Assembly (NCBI GenBank): GCA_964106645.2 | Contig: OZ067049.1 | Source: Podarcis pityusensis | Taxonomy: Eukaryota | Strand: one strand, 5' to 3' | DNA: 64,000 bases | Shown here: piece after piece, positions 1 through 12,875 of the stretch | How the letters are laid out: each line of letters starts with the position of its first letter | Numbering within the stretch: the stretch's first letter is position 1 | Made by a program: the position numbers and the translations under genes | Notes under the pieces: generated by a model | Told to the model about the DNA's origin: nothing | Seen by the model: the letters and a program-made list of their open reading frames with translations, nothing else | The model's database searches: none

Positions 1-180
1 GGCGGGTGCCCCCCTGAAGATTTCCCATTAGGCTGAAAAAGTTTTCCCGCTCCTGCTCCACAAGTAGTGTCCTAGTCTGGTTTCTATGATGGGGTAAATT
101 GGCTAAAAAAGTACTTAGAGGGTAGGTAAACAGTTCCGCAAAATATTGATGAACTGTTCTAATTTTTTTATGATGTGCAG

Positions 181-378
181 CTCATAATGCCTTAGGAGAT
201 TGTGCTTATGATGGAGTGAAGGTCTTCAGAGGGGACAGAGCTGGCCCTTACCCTGAAGAAACGTTTTGCGGCAATGAAATCCCTCATCCTATCAGCATCA
301 TTGGATCCACACTGTTGAATTTCTACACAGATTCTCATACTGTTGGCGTCGGATTTCTGGCCACTTATGCTGCAATCC
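181..378 (+). CDS. CUBN: Cubilin coding exon (C-terminal half of CUB22; 11th from last exon)
   Basis: tgtgcag|ctcat acceptor and ATCC|gtgagt donor. Translates (A)HNALGDCAYDGVKVFRGDRAGPYPEETFCGNEIPHPISIIGSTLLNFYTDSHTVGVGFLATYAAI(P), a CUB fold second half. Phase matches the next exon. Absent from the ORF track. Confidence 0.92.
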
Positions 379-2940
379 GTGAGTAGCAACACATTGTTGG
401 TGGGAACAACATGTGTTTCTATGCATCAGGCAACGAAATGATGCCCTGGAAGAAGACCTAACTATCCCTTGACTTTCTGGGTTCCTCCAAATTTGTAAAA
501 ACAAACAAGACACCAACCAATGAAAAACCTCGCCCATTTTCAGAACCACTGCTTAGAGAACAATTTGAACTGGGACCAAGGGGTAATCCATGTAACCCGT
601 ATGGGCATCTGTAGTCTAAGGATGCTATCCAACTAATGCATCCCATCAGACAGTGCAAGAATATGCACTTGCCCAATAAAACTTCTACCTTTTCCTCCTC
701 ATGTGAATGCCCTGTGGTCTTCTCACAAATCTGCTCCATAAGGCTAGGGTAACCCCTGGAACAGATTTAGAGGGCATGTGAGAGAAGAGAGGGAGAAGTT
801 CCATTGCTCAAACAGAAATCCTTGCACTAATGGAGCCCATTAATTGGATATCACCCTATGAACGCTTGTTGCGAAGCAACCCCTTCTGTAATCACCGTGG
901 CTTAGCTTCAGGTAAGTTTGCTTAGGATTTCATCCTTGGTTTCAGAGTTAACTGTGACATATATCACACACAAAGCACTCCTCCTGTTTTCAGAAATAAT
1001 TGTCATAAAACGCTCAGGATTAGCCCAATGCCAAATAAACAGTTCAAGGCCATCTCTTTTCATTGTGCATATCCCATTGGCAATGAAGCAAAATGACCCT
1101 GAATGCAATGCCGTGTTTTTAACATTTGCATGATTCAAGGTTCAGTGCCAGAATGGGATTCTACAAGCAGTTTGCAAAACAATTTCCCCTCTGCCACTGA
1201 AATGGTGGAATCCGGAATGGAGAAATCCACGTGCACACATTCAGCATATATCTGTAGTCATTTTTTAGTGAGTTCTTGTAATTTTTTATCATAATCATCA
1301 CATTTACAGGGAATACATTTTTAGTAAATTTTATGCATCCTATAAAGCATTATTCTTGTTTGCTCTTTTTAAAAACTTCCTGTACATTAATCTCATTTGG
1401 GTCTCATAAGGAAGCTCCTAAGAACACTTTAGTTCTATTACATATGAATTTACTTTGCAAAGATCACATAGTGCAATATTCTCAAAGACAAACTATCCAA
1501 TGCCCATGGGATTGAGCTAATGGAAGTGTCTAGTCCAGTATAAAATATTCTAGGCAGGGAAGAAACTAAACCCTCATCCTTTGGATATGAGAGTGGCTTC
1601 TGAGACAAAGAAAATAGCCCCAGCTATTAGGTAGCTAATAGGTAGCCCCAGCTACCTCACAGACCTTGACATTGGAAAACTTTTTTTTTAAGACTTAATC
1701 AAACGTTATGCCGATAACAAGTATGTGAACCTCGTTTTTTGTACCAGGTAGTATGTTCCTCTCCTTGCCATAGCCTTGAGAAATAGCTATTTGCCTCAAA
1801 GCATGAAATCAAGTATCATGGTTTGAAATGAGTCATCCTGAGAGCTACTGGCTAGACGGCATACCATTGAAGGATGACAATGTTAATTTACTTGTGAAAG
1901 AGGCCTTCATAACTCACTCAAATTGGCTGCTGCCACCTGACCTTTGACTCCTGACATTTGTGAAGTATGACTAGTAGCTTTTTATTGGCTTTTTGGCCCA
2001 TGCAAAACACATTCTAGCCATGAACATTCTGTTTCCTTCTAGCTTCATCCTTCACAAAAGACAAAAGGGGGAAGAAGAGAGAAGCTTTTCTCTCCTTGCG
2101 TACCATAAGCACTGCTTTTTTAAAACCTCTTGTGCTTTTGTCTCTTATTTGTCAACAGTCCAAAGGGCAGTGCTCGATAGACGCCACCCTACCGTAGCTG
2201 AAAATAAGGAATGGGAGCCTAGGCATTCATTGCCTGTTAAAGAATTTGCTTTGCAATGCTAGTGGTTGCTGCGATGACTAGTCCTTTAGAAGCTTGGACA
2301 GCAGTGGGTTTGGGCGATTTGTCAAGAGAGAGCCCAGAGTGGTTGACTGCCAAATGGAAGACTATAAAACAGAGCACAATGGTGGTCACAGATGGTTTTG
2401 CAGAGAGCTGTGAACCAGAGGACAAAGACTGAGCCACCTCTTAGACTCCCAAGGGCATCCATTATGGAGAATAAAAAAAAGAATGTACTGTGGCTTCTGC
2501 CGCTGCAAATTCTTCAGTAGATCTTAAAGCGGGCATTAACTTTCACCCTGAGGGAGCCATGCAGCAGTTACAAAGCCACTCACTCACACTCCACCTCCAA
2601 AAAGTTGGGATCTCCTACTGAATCCAACTGAAGGACTTAATGCATTGCAAAGCCTTTCCCATGCACCAGTGAAGTAATCAGGGACACAGGAAACAACCAT
2701 CACAGTGGCTCAAATAATTAAAGAAACCAACGGTCTCCTCACATATGAGCCTCTGTGGTCATCAGGAGAGGGCCTCTTTTGAACTGGGGCAGCCACTCTG
2801 TGGAACTCTGTCTCAGGAGATCCAGTGAAAGCATTTTGCCACCTATCCAATGGCATTGTTGTTTAGGCAGGCCTTCAACCTCCAGGCTAAGTGCTCACTT
2901 TCTGCTGGTTCTTTTCTTTTTAAAAATGTAACCTTTATGA

Positions 2941-3045
2941 TTTGACCAAACTGTGGGAGGCAGTGGAAGACAGGAGTGCCTGGCGTGCTCTGGTCCATGG
3001 GGTCACGAAGAGTCGGACACGACTAAACGACTAAACAACAACAAC
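2941..3045 (+). mobile_element. Bov-B (RTE) LINE 3' terminal fragment
   Basis: Near-identical to the 3' end of the copy at 16780-16880; (CAA)n tail; imperfect TSD aacctttatga/aacttttatga. Confidence 0.85.
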
Positions 3046-4007
3046 AACTTTTATGAATTGTTTTATCTGCATCTTCTGTTGTACTTTAGCTCACCCTTGT
3101 AAATAAGCCCATTAAAGTTACATGCCTGCCAAAAGGCGGTGGGGGGTGGGGAGAGTTTACTGCCTCCCTGAGGACTGGCAGAGGAGGAGCAGAGAGCTAT
3201 AATTCCTTTTGCATAATTTATTTTCTGGGTGTGAAAGAAGGGGGCTTTTAATTCCCTGCCAGCTCATTTGGTTTCTTTGCTCTGGCCCTCCTCCGCCAGC
3301 CTTCTCCCTCTTCGGAGAGGAATGCCTTTCGCTTGCCTGCCTGCAGTTCCTTAGCACCTTTGGCCTTTTTGAAGTTGCTGGACTACAACTCCCATCAGCC
3401 TTAGCAAGCGCGACGATTGGCCAGGGATGATGGGAGCTGTGGTCCAGTAACATCTGCAGAACCAAAGGTTCCCTACAACTGGCCTATGGCACCACCTTTT
3501 TCATCCACTGCTAATGCAATATATATTGTAAAACCAGCTGCCTACCTGTCCCAATTAGAGGTACATGGACATAGGGGGCCTTTACACCTGCAAAGTGTGC
3601 TGCCCTTCCATGTGCAGTTTTCGATGGGTATTACAGAAAAATCCCCGTTGTCAAAAGGCTCTTCCCCTGTAAGGATGGAAAGATAGACACCATAGACAAT
3701 TTTCTTTTACGCTGCCCCTATTACCATGATGCTCATACACAGATTATTGCCCCATTGCTTAGAAGACTGCTCAAAGGTTCTAATTTGGAACTGCCCAGGT
3801 TACTTCTAGAAGATGGAAAACAAGAGATTATAGCAGTAGTCTCAAAAGTTTGTGTGGCAGCCTACAAAATATTTCAGTCATTCTTTCTACTGTATCCTTT
3901 CCATTCATTTCTGAGCTGCATGATGGCTTTTCAACAGTGGCGTGTATGTCAAAATGTGTTGAGATACTCAGTATTTATGTGGTGCTTCATTCAAAGCACT
4001 TTGCATT

Positions 4008-4141
4008 TGTAAAAGACATCTGAAGGCAGCCTTGTTTAGAGAAGTTTTTAATGTTTGGTGTTTTATCACATTTTTAATATTCAGTTGGGAGCCACCCAGA
4101 GTAGCTGGGGAAACCCAGCCAGATGGGTGGGGTATAAATAA

Positions 4142-4183
<42 letters not shown>
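4008..4183 (+). mobile_element. L2 LINE 3' end with (TTA)n tail
   Basis: Matches the 3' ends of the longer L2 copies at 32104-32536 and 21520-21985. Confidence 0.8.
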
Positions 4184-4184
<1 letters not shown>

Positions 4185-4447
4185 GGTCTACATAGAACAT
4201 TTATCTCTCTTTTAATTTACTATGTCTTCAAGTTTGCTTACTTACCATTCTACTTTACTTTACTTTATCCATACTAGTATTTGTTGTATTAAATGGAGTA
4301 CGCTGGTTTTTAACCATATAACAAATTATATATATACTAGAATGTATAGACCAGCGCTTACTGCAATTTAGTGAAACCCTAGACCCAAAGTATGTATGGC
4401 AAAGACGTTCTTTGACAGTAATGATAATCTTTTGCATTTCACTGCAG

Positions 4448-4577
4448 CTTGTGGTGGCGTATTCAACAGCTCTCGGGGTACAGTCAGGAGCCCTACCCAT
4501 TCATTTACTGAGTACCATCACAACATGAACTGTTCGTACTACATCACTGTCAGAAGCAACAAGATAGTGGCACTCAA
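4448..4577 (+). CDS. CUBN: Cubilin exon (CUB23 N-half)
   Basis: ctgcag| acceptor, AA|gtatgt donor; CGGVFNSSRGTVRSPTHSFTEYHHNMNCSYYITVRSNKIVAL(K); 130 nt. Confidence 0.95.
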
Positions 4578-4704
4578 GTATGTAAGCCAAGAGCACTTTT
4601 CATTTTATGATGAAAAAATCATGGTCTCTAGGTTTGGTTTGGTTTGGTTTTAAACTGCTATAGTGACAGCAAACATGGGAATTGTTAGTGCTGTGGTACC
4701 TAAG

Positions 4705-4840
4705 ACTGTGCGCACACTATATCTTTAAAGCATATTCAGAGTACATTCTTTCCCTCAAAGAATTCTGGGCACTGTAGTGCACCTCTCACAGAGCAACCCT
4801 TAACAAGCTACAGTTCCCAGAATGTGCTTTAAAGGTATGC
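4705..4840. mobile_element. Palindromic non-autonomous element (related copies about 23250-23425 and 57435-57635)
   Basis: Inverted ends tatatctttaaagcatatt ... aatgtgctttaaaggtatg with internal ctgggcactgtagt / ctacagttcccag; three dispersed copies. Confidence 0.6.
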
Positions 4841-5920
4841 AGTCAATCCCATGGAAGTTTACTTTCAAAATAGCTTAGCTGCACCCAGTGTGATTTGTTT
4901 CCAAGTATACGTAGGACTGCAATTTTATGCAACTTTATTTGTAAGTCAGTGCCATTGAGTTCAGTGGGACTTATTTCTGAATAACCTTACATTGGATTAT
5001 GATGGTAGTTCTACCGTTAAGTGCTTTTTCTTCAGTCCAGAACCTTTCCCATAAAAAAGCACACCCAAGAAAAGTCAGAATGCCACAGTGTTTGAATAGA
5101 CCAGGGTAGACAATATGGTACTCTTCAGGTGCTGTGGACAGGAATGGATAAGAAATTTATTTTGGCTTGCATTTTAATGTGTGTCCACCTAATTTGCACA
5201 TCCCAGACCAATATGCAAACCAAAACACAGTGAACCTTCGAAATTTGCACTTCCATGAATTTCTGCAATGCACATCGCCAACCCAAAAGTGTGTGCAAAA
5301 AGTGAATATTAGCGAAAAGTGCACAATCTTTGTATATAAGTGAAAGGAACATGGAAAATACAATACAATAGGGAACATGCCTTGAAGAAAATGCATATTT
5401 TAGGCCCAAATATATTTAATAGGATAAATATACAGGAAAACACATACATTCTTTTTCTGTGTCTGTGTATTATATGGACTGAACTTAAGATTGGAAAAAT
5501 GAGGAACCGAGAGAAACCCAGTTTGACAGATTCTGCCAATATTCTTTCCAGCAAAGTGGAACGCTCTTCCTATTGAAATCAGATAGGCACTTACGATCTG
5601 ATACGTATTTAGTCACCCGCTGGAAACATTTTTGTTTCACCAAACGTTTTTAAAGAGTAGATACGTTTCAGTGTTCTTCATTTGTTCTGTGTTTCATGAT
5701 ACTTTAATCATATTTTTCTTGCATACTCCCATGATTGTTTTTAATGAGCTGAGAGTATATAAATATTCCTGTAAAGAAATAAAATACTGGTCCATTGACT
5801 ATGCTGGTTGGGGCTGATGAGAGGATGCCATGTTGGCCACTATTATTTATCCCCAAATGCATTTTAAGAAAAACAGAACTGAAACAATCCCACTTATTAG
5901 TAAAAAAATGCCCTTGACAG

Positions 5921-6138
5921 GTTCAACAGCTTCCACCTTGAAGCATCCTCATCTTGCCACAAGGATTCTGTTACTGTCTATGATGGCCTGAACATATATG
6001 CTCCGCTCCTGGGCACGTTCTGTGGTGTGGCCCTCCCACCTTCTATCAAGAGCTCCGCAAACAACTTGCTCCTGCTGTTCAGGACTGATTCCTCTGGAAC
6101 AGCCAATGGATGGAGCGCATCGTTCAGAGAGACACTAG
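5921..6138 (+). CDS. CUBN: Cubilin exon (CUB23 C-half)
   Basis: gacag| acceptor (weak pyrimidine tract), G|gtaaaa donor; FNSFHLEASSSCHKDSVTVYDGLNIYAPLLGTFCG...FRTDSSGTANGWSASFRETL(G); 218 nt. Confidence 0.95.
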
Positions 6139-6703
6139 GTAAAAGGGAATTCTCCCAGCACCTTCAATGCAAGCCAGCTGCTATGAAATAGCATGAGTTA
6201 CATATAGGAAATCTTTGCTACGTTTCCTTTTCTTTAGTTGCTTCATTTGTGCAAACCTAGACTGGCATATCCGTGAATGCTTAGCACCTTAGTAGACCTG
6301 AAGTACTCTTTTTTATACTCATAGTGAGAGTAAAGCATAAAGGTTTAATTTTAGTCATTCTGTCCAGCCTTACCTTCATGTGCAGCAGAATTAGGTGGTA
6401 GGATCCTGAGCTCGTAGGGTGAACTGCCCCACACTGGGGGCAGGGGAGCACCAGATGATTGTTTATGAATGTTTTCCTATGGGGGTGAATCACACACAGG
6501 AGTGGGTTGGGCCAGAACATTTCTCCTTAATGTGCAGGTTTCTCTACCTTGCAGGGAAGCCTTTTGTTGCATGGAGAAGCACTCAGAGGTGGTACCCCCG
6601 ACAGGAGTGGTCAAGCCCACTTGAGAAACTCAGCATGTGTCCACCTCATTTCAAGCTTCATGCTATAAAAACATTATAATTGTTTATTCCTAATGTTAAT
6701 TAA

Positions 6704-7053
6704 GGGACGCGGATGGCGCTGTGGGTTAAACCACAGAGCCTAGGGCTTGCTGATCAGAAGGTCGGCGGTTCGAATCCCCACGACGGGGTGAGCTCCCGTT
6801 GCTCGGTCCCTGCTCCTGCCAACCTAGCAGTTCAAAAGCATGTCAAAGTGCAAGTAGATAAATAGGTACCACTCCAGCGGGAAGGTAAACGGCATTTCCG
6901 TGCGCTGCTCTGGTTCGCCAGAAGCGGCTTAGTCATGCTGGCCACATGACCCGGAAGCTGTACGCCGGCTCCCTTGGCCAATAAAGCGAGATGAGCGCTG
7001 CAACCCCAGAGTCGGCCACGACTGGACCTAATGGTCAGGGGTCCCTTTACCTT
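6704..7053 (+). mobile_element. Full-length Sauria SINE (Squam1-type)
   Basis: tRNA-like head with A box tggcgctgtgg and B box ggttcgaatcc; (ACCTTT)n tail; perfect 12-bp TSD taatgttaatta (6691-6702 / 7054-7065). Confidence 0.93.
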
Positions 7054-7334
7054 TAATGTTAATTATACCGACTTTAATTCAGCCTTCCTATGACAGTTGA
7101 ATAGATCAGTGATACGCTGAAAATAGCTACCTACCTGTTCTTCTTTTGGTAATTCATTGGGGTTTTGCAGGGTGGGGTGGGTGGGTGGGTGGGTGGACAG
7201 AAGTAACTCCCTTAACTTTTTGTCACTTTGTCATAAAGCATTTGTGACGTAGCAGAAATATCCTTAACACTCAGCCATTGTACACATGCACACACCACAG
7301 CTGGCAGCTGTTTTTCATTTGATACCATCTAAAA

Positions 7335-7472
7335 CAGCCGTTCTCAACTTGTGGGTCCCCAGATGTTGTTGGACTACAACTCCCATCATCCCTGACCACT
7401 GGTCATGCTGGCTAGGAATGATGGGAGTTGTAGTCCAACAACATCTGGGGACCCACAGGTTGAGAAGCACTG
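7335..7472. mobile_element. hAT-type MITE (near-perfect hairpin)
   Basis: CAG...CTG ends, long internal inverted repeat (ggactacaactcccatcat / atgatgggagttgtagtcc), degenerate 8-bp TSD. Degraded relatives at about 3370, 21070, 25020, 37135, 38190, 40805, 47010, 56700 and 60565. Confidence 0.8.
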
Positions 7473-7638
7473 ATCCAAATATAGGGATAATGAGTATATC
7501 TGGAGTGCCACCTTCTCTATATTACAAGGTCATTGTGAAATTAAAGTGCTGCTTCCTCTTGGAGGAAGGTTGGATTCTGGATTCTCCTCTCCCTCTCTCC
7601 CTCAAAGTTAGGCTAAAGAACTCTGCTTAAATCTAGAT

Positions 7639-7776
7639 CAGGCTTCACCAACCAGGTGCCCTCCAGGTGCATCATACTTCAATGCCCATCAGCTCCAACC
7701 AGCTGAACTGCATTGACTGAGGCTGATGGGTGTGACAGTCCTGAACATCAGCAGGGCACTTTGGTGATGAAGGCAG
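7639..7776. mobile_element. hAT-type MITE, older copy
   Basis: 8-bp TSD atctagat/atctaaat; same palindromic organisation as 7335-7472. Confidence 0.7.
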
Positions 7777-9773
7777 ATCTAAATCAGATAAAGCCAGAAA
7801 GCTCATGGGAAATTAATCTTGTGAAAGGAGCTCCATCTCATCCGCCAGAACAGAAAGGTCAAGAGGTGTTGTATTAGTGCAGCTTCCACAGGCCAAATGT
7901 GAAACGCAATTCTTCATTAATGTTTAACAAGTGTACACCACCCTGGCTGTGTTAGTGAAGTGAGATTGGCTAATGTGATTACTGTGTTCTGCTTAATGTT
8001 GTGGGTAGCCCTAATTAAATCTTGGAAGGAGGTGAACACAAATGGTAAACTCATTCGGAGCAATCTAAACATTCCTGATTTCCTTCCTTCAAAATCCTGC
8101 CCCTTTTCATCAATGGTTACTTACGATTTTTGCACAAATGTCATCCAAAATAAGGTTATCTCTACTTTATCTTTTCTGGATTATTATTATTATTATTGAT
8201 GAGCATTTTGTTGACATGAAAAGAAGCTATAGGAATTAATTAGAAAAAATTGAGAAGAAACATCATCATGCAATTTAATCAAAACAACTTCTTTTTATTA
8301 GGGATACTGCATCAGTAGGGTCTCATCAATACTCTCATTTAATGTGGATGGTAAGCTTCTATACCTCCATTTATTATCCATTGTCCATATGAATTCTCCT
8401 CCAGATCACTTCGCTCCCATACTTTCTCCTTCAATCCAGATTTTCTCTTACCAGGCATGCACTGAGAAAGATAAGGTCTTTGAAAATCCAAACCAAAGGA
8501 GGGGGAAATGTAGGAAGGCAGTGGCTTGGTGTCAGACTCCTGGGACTTGGCTTCCTCCCCCCCCCCGCCCCCTTTGGCCGTAGATAAGCAGGGCAAAGCG
8601 AAAGGAGTCCCTTACCAAAGAGTCTTTAATGATCACAGCAAAAGAACAAAGCATCCATTTTTGGAGGAAGGTGTTCCCAATGAAGGATTCCACCCACTTC
8701 CCCCCTAGTCACTTCCATCTTGCAACCTGATCTTGCAACCACCTTGTGTTTTGTGCTCTACGTGACCTTGGACAGATAGGCTGAATACTTTCCAGCAAGA
8801 GAGAGTCTGTTAGCCCTCTCTCTTCCTATTCTTCTTCACTTTGCTGTTCACCCCCCAGTTCTTCCCAACTTTTGTCTTCAGAACTATGCCCCTCTGCAAA
8901 CCACTGTTCCAAATCTATACTGCTCCACTGCTCCTGGACAGTTTCAGGATCCTGGACAGGAGCAGGGGGAGGGGGAGGCTCCCACCATTCCTCCTCAGAG
9001 CTGTACTCCTCAGCCAGGTCTCTGACACTTGGAAGGGAACATTGCAAAGCAGTAGTAACCAGCACTGCACAGGATGAAAACTTCCTGCTTATTCATAGTA
9101 AGCAGGAAGATTTAATCCTGTGTGGTGTTGATTCAGGGAGTCAGAAGAAGGAGAAATTGAGCACACCCACCCACCCCTACCTTCTCCTTTGAAGGCCCAG
9201 TAGTCCTTTCTTTTAGTCACCCCTTCCCTCCCTACCTGATGCCCCACCCTCTGACAGGCCCAAATTGCTCTGGGCTGCCCAGTCAATGCCCAGATCCCTC
9301 TCAATTTGGCTTGGGAATCAGCCTAAACAAGTACATAGCCCAAGTATACAGGCTAAAGTTCACTAGTTGGTTGGAGGTATCAGTTAATTGGGCTACCCAG
9401 GATTCAGATTTGTCTGATTTCTCTACCTGTTGTTTTTTTTTAGTTTGGGTGTTTTTCTTTCTGGGTTTTGTTGTGTTATCCTGGCACCTTTTTAATGTTG
9501 ATGAGGGGCAAAGAGAACATAACAAAGCATGAGCTATTGAGAAGTGATATTCTACATATGGCTCGACATGTTGACTTAGTTCCGTACCAGAGATCTGTTT
9601 ATAATTAAGTGCAAGTATTTACAGTTATCTCCAGCGGAGCTGAATGGATTGAATATCATTCATGCTTTGAATGGAGAGAAAACCTCTGCCTTAGATGTGA
9701 CTCTCTCATATTTCATCCCTTCATGATTGCTGGTGCCATTCCAACCAATGTTGTGTCTGTAATTCTATCAATT

Positions 9774-9774
<1 letters not shown>

Positions 9775-9819
<45 letters not shown>
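9775..9819. repeat. (TGC)15 microsatellite, intronic
   Basis: Perfect trinucleotide run. Confidence 0.97.
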
Positions 9820-9822
<3 letters not shown>

Positions 9823-11182
9823 TGCAATTATCTCATTTGAGCCAGAAATATTGTTGCACTAATACTGCTGTCACAGCATACAAGCACTACATTTAAGCAA
9901 AAATCACACTGCTCAATATTTGGCTTCAAACCTCCTCCCATCAGTTCAAGCCAAGTCAGCAGTGAGAGATTGTCACAAGAAAGGCACATTTTTGCAATGG
10001 GTTACATTAGCAGAAACATTATGTGCAAAAGATACAAGGTAATATTGTTGTTCCAGTTTGCACAGTTTGGGGCTCAGAAGGAGCTCTACGCACTCTTTCA
10101 ATTATTCCATTTTATAAAATTTCAAAATCCACAGTAAGGCCTTTATCCAAATCAACCAAAGTGGGGGTGGGAGGAGCTTGTTGGTCCTCCAGGTGTGTAT
10201 AATGAAAAAGCATCTGGGAGCAGGGGTGTTTAGGGATGTAGTATAATTTTGTCCACTCCACATTTTTAAGCAAACCCAACTGAATTTGCACCACCTGGCC
10301 ATAGTCCTCCAAGTTTTGTGACACTATTCTCAAATTTAAAAAGTACCAAAATGCATTTTAGACTGAAATGCAAACATTGATCTCAAATATGCATTTAAAT
10401 GTTTGTTTTATGATGCAGTACATATTTAAATACAGATTCTGATACGGAATAATTAAATGCAAATTTTCACACTTTTTTTTTTAAAAAAAGCTTCAAATTG
10501 ATGCAGAAATGGAGCAGAACCAACTAATGCAAAATACACACATGTGAAGTGGATGCAATCAAGAAATGGACTGATCCAGCCATCCCTAGGAGAATGGCAT
10601 TGCAGCAGCTCTGACTTAATCCTGTGCTCTCTAGAAAGGCCCTACACAGCTCTTGCTGTGAAATTTTCCAGGATGCCCAGCTATATAGCATGATCCCTCC
10701 ACATGTATATTTGTGTGTCCAAGCCTATGGCTTGGCTACAGAGATTCATTGATTCTTAGGCATATGTTACGCAGGGAAATGCCATCAGAACCATGGTTGG
10801 AAGACACATGATGCAGTTACCTTGTTGAAGCCCAACAAGTCTGGCCAGTACTTGGGTGATGAGAGCTTGCCTGGGCTCTTTGCCACCTTGAGTTTCATCA
10901 TAGGAGGAAAAAGAGTATATAAATAAATAACAAAACAGTTTCGCCAATTGGTTTATTAAGGCATGTCAGCCATTGCATCCAATCTCAGCAGATCTTTTTA
11001 CTTTGGTTTATCAGCATCCCAAGTTCATTATGATGAAGTATCCTTTTGCATAATGTTGGGGTTTTTTCCTTTTAAAAAAATGCAGCCAAGCAAAAAATAT
11101 ACCCATTTTGAACTGATCATTATAAGGACCTGATACTCATGCAGATTTCATGCACTCAGAATTTCTGATCACCTGGCCACAA

Positions 11183-11267
11183 AGAATCGTGGAATAGTAG
11201 AAATGGAAGGGACCAAGAGGGTCATCTAGTCCAACCCCCTACAATGCAGGAATGCCAGATGAGTGGG

Positions 11268-11319
<52 letters not shown>

Positions 11320-11392
11320 TATATCTTTTGCCCAAAATGGGGCTTGAACCCATGGCCCTGAGATCAAGAGTCTCATGCTCTATTGACTGAGC
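11183..11392 (-). mobile_element. tRNA-Lys(CTT)-headed SINE with CR1-type tail, interrupted by a short L2 3' end (11254-11320, +)
   Basis: Minus strand gctcagtcaatagagcatgagactcttgatctcagggccatgggttcaagccccattttgggca resembles tRNA-Lys-CTT; tail ggttggactagatgacc...ggtcccttcca...attc is CR1-like. Confidence 0.8.
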
Positions 11393-12095
11393 AATTAGGT
11401 GTTTGCATACAATTGTAAGTGCTTCTTTTTTTTAACATCCCAACGACTTTAACAGAATCTAGGAATATTAGTCCTTGTGGGCTGAAGACAAAGACACAGC
11501 TCCACCTACTGTTTTTTTAAAAAATACAACCTTTGACATGATAAGATGTATGTTGCTTTTACTTACTTTTTATGTATTCTTTTATCATTGACGGGCAATC
11601 GCTGAACCCTTCGGTTTGTGTGCTTTGTTTCTCAAGGCAACTATTCCTTGTTGCACTCCCGCAGCCTTCCTTTAGCACCCCGTCTGATAGACTCCCTTCT
11701 CGACTCCCTTAAATCTGCCATTAGGAGTTTTTGCCTGGTCTGCACACTTTCCTTACCAACTCCTGCTTTTTCTGTCCCTTGCCCTCTGGGGCAAAGCTCC
11801 CCACCAGTTACACACACCCCCACTTCACACTGCTCCCCCTTTTGTCCCTCTTTCTTCCACCCTCCCTCTGTCTTTTTGTAAACCGCAATGAGGTTTTGTT
11901 ACAATCAAGTGGCATATAAATGTGAAATAAATATATCCGTCCAATCTCCTGCTTTCCTTCTCTCTCCTCTACTTTTCTGGCTCCCCTCTCGCCAAAGCTA
12001 TTGCTTCTCTCTGCTTTCTCTCCCTCTGCATTTTGGGACTGTCCTGGAAAGGGCAGCCAACTGTGCTCTTTCTTTATGCAGCTGGGGCATTCTTT

Positions 12096-12434
12096 AAAGG
12101 TAAAGGTAAAGGGACCCCTGACCATTAGGTCCAGTCGTGACTGACTCTGGGGTTGCGGCACTCATCTCGCTTTATTGGCCAAGGGAGCCAGCGTACAGCT
12201 TCCGGGTCATGTGGGCTAGCATGACTAAGCCACTTCTGGCGAACCAGAGCAGCACACAGAAACGCCGTTTACCTATTTATCTACTTGCACTTTGATGTGC
12301 TTTCGAACTGCTAGGTTGGCAGGAGCAGGGACCGAGCAACGGGAGCTCACCCCGTCCTGGGGATTCGAACTGCCGACCTTCTGAACGGCAAGTCCTAGGC
12401 TCTGTGGTTAAACCCACAGCGCCACCCACGTCCC
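12096..12434 (-). mobile_element. Sauria SINE with small internal deletion
   Basis: Reverse complement of 6704-7053; TSD tggggcattcttt (12083-12095 / 12435-12447). Confidence 0.93.
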
Positions 12435-12875
12435 TGGGGCATTCTTTGCCTCTTATCAAATAATCAGTCCTGTTGGTAGCATTGGAGCCACCTCCTGACA
12501 TATCCACCCCCACTTTCACACATTACATTGAATATAATGTGGGAAGGGTTTAAAGGAAATTTTGCTTCAATCTTCTCGCGTTCAGTGAATAGTATGAATA
12601 GTTTGTGTATGGAGTCTGGAAGCAATGGCAGCATGTGAGATTCTGCTGTCCACATATTGAACATATTGTGTGGAAAGGGCTTAGTTTAACAAAACAAAAA
12701 CAAAAAAAAGCTGTGCAAAGCATTAAAATGATGCAGTTCAGCTCCCAAATGCCCATGGTTGACAGTAAGCATCAAGACAGGAATAGGAAAAGTGATATGA
12801 TCAAAAAAATAGAGAACATCCTTTAAAATACTGCTATGAAACATGCAGTAGATGACAGATCTCTCTTTTTAACAG

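Noticed and set aside
7170-7196. (GGGT)n G-quadruplex-capable tract
   Set aside because: A simple repeat in mid-intron with no supporting context.
7335-7472. Pre-miRNA-like hairpins (also 55194-55328)
   Set aside because: TIRs, 8-bp TSDs and many dispersed relatives identify them as MITEs; there is no expression evidence.
9609-9896. Poly-Leu, poly-Ile and poly-Tyr ORFs (also 4032, 24801, 32416, 42139)
   Set aside because: Translations of (CTG)n and (TTA)n microsatellites inside introns.
11330-11392. Functional tRNA-Lys gene (and tRNA-Ile at 13860-13928)
   Set aside because: Acceptor and anticodon stems are mismatched, there is no adjacent T-run terminator, and both are fused to a CR1 tail. 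They are SINE heads.
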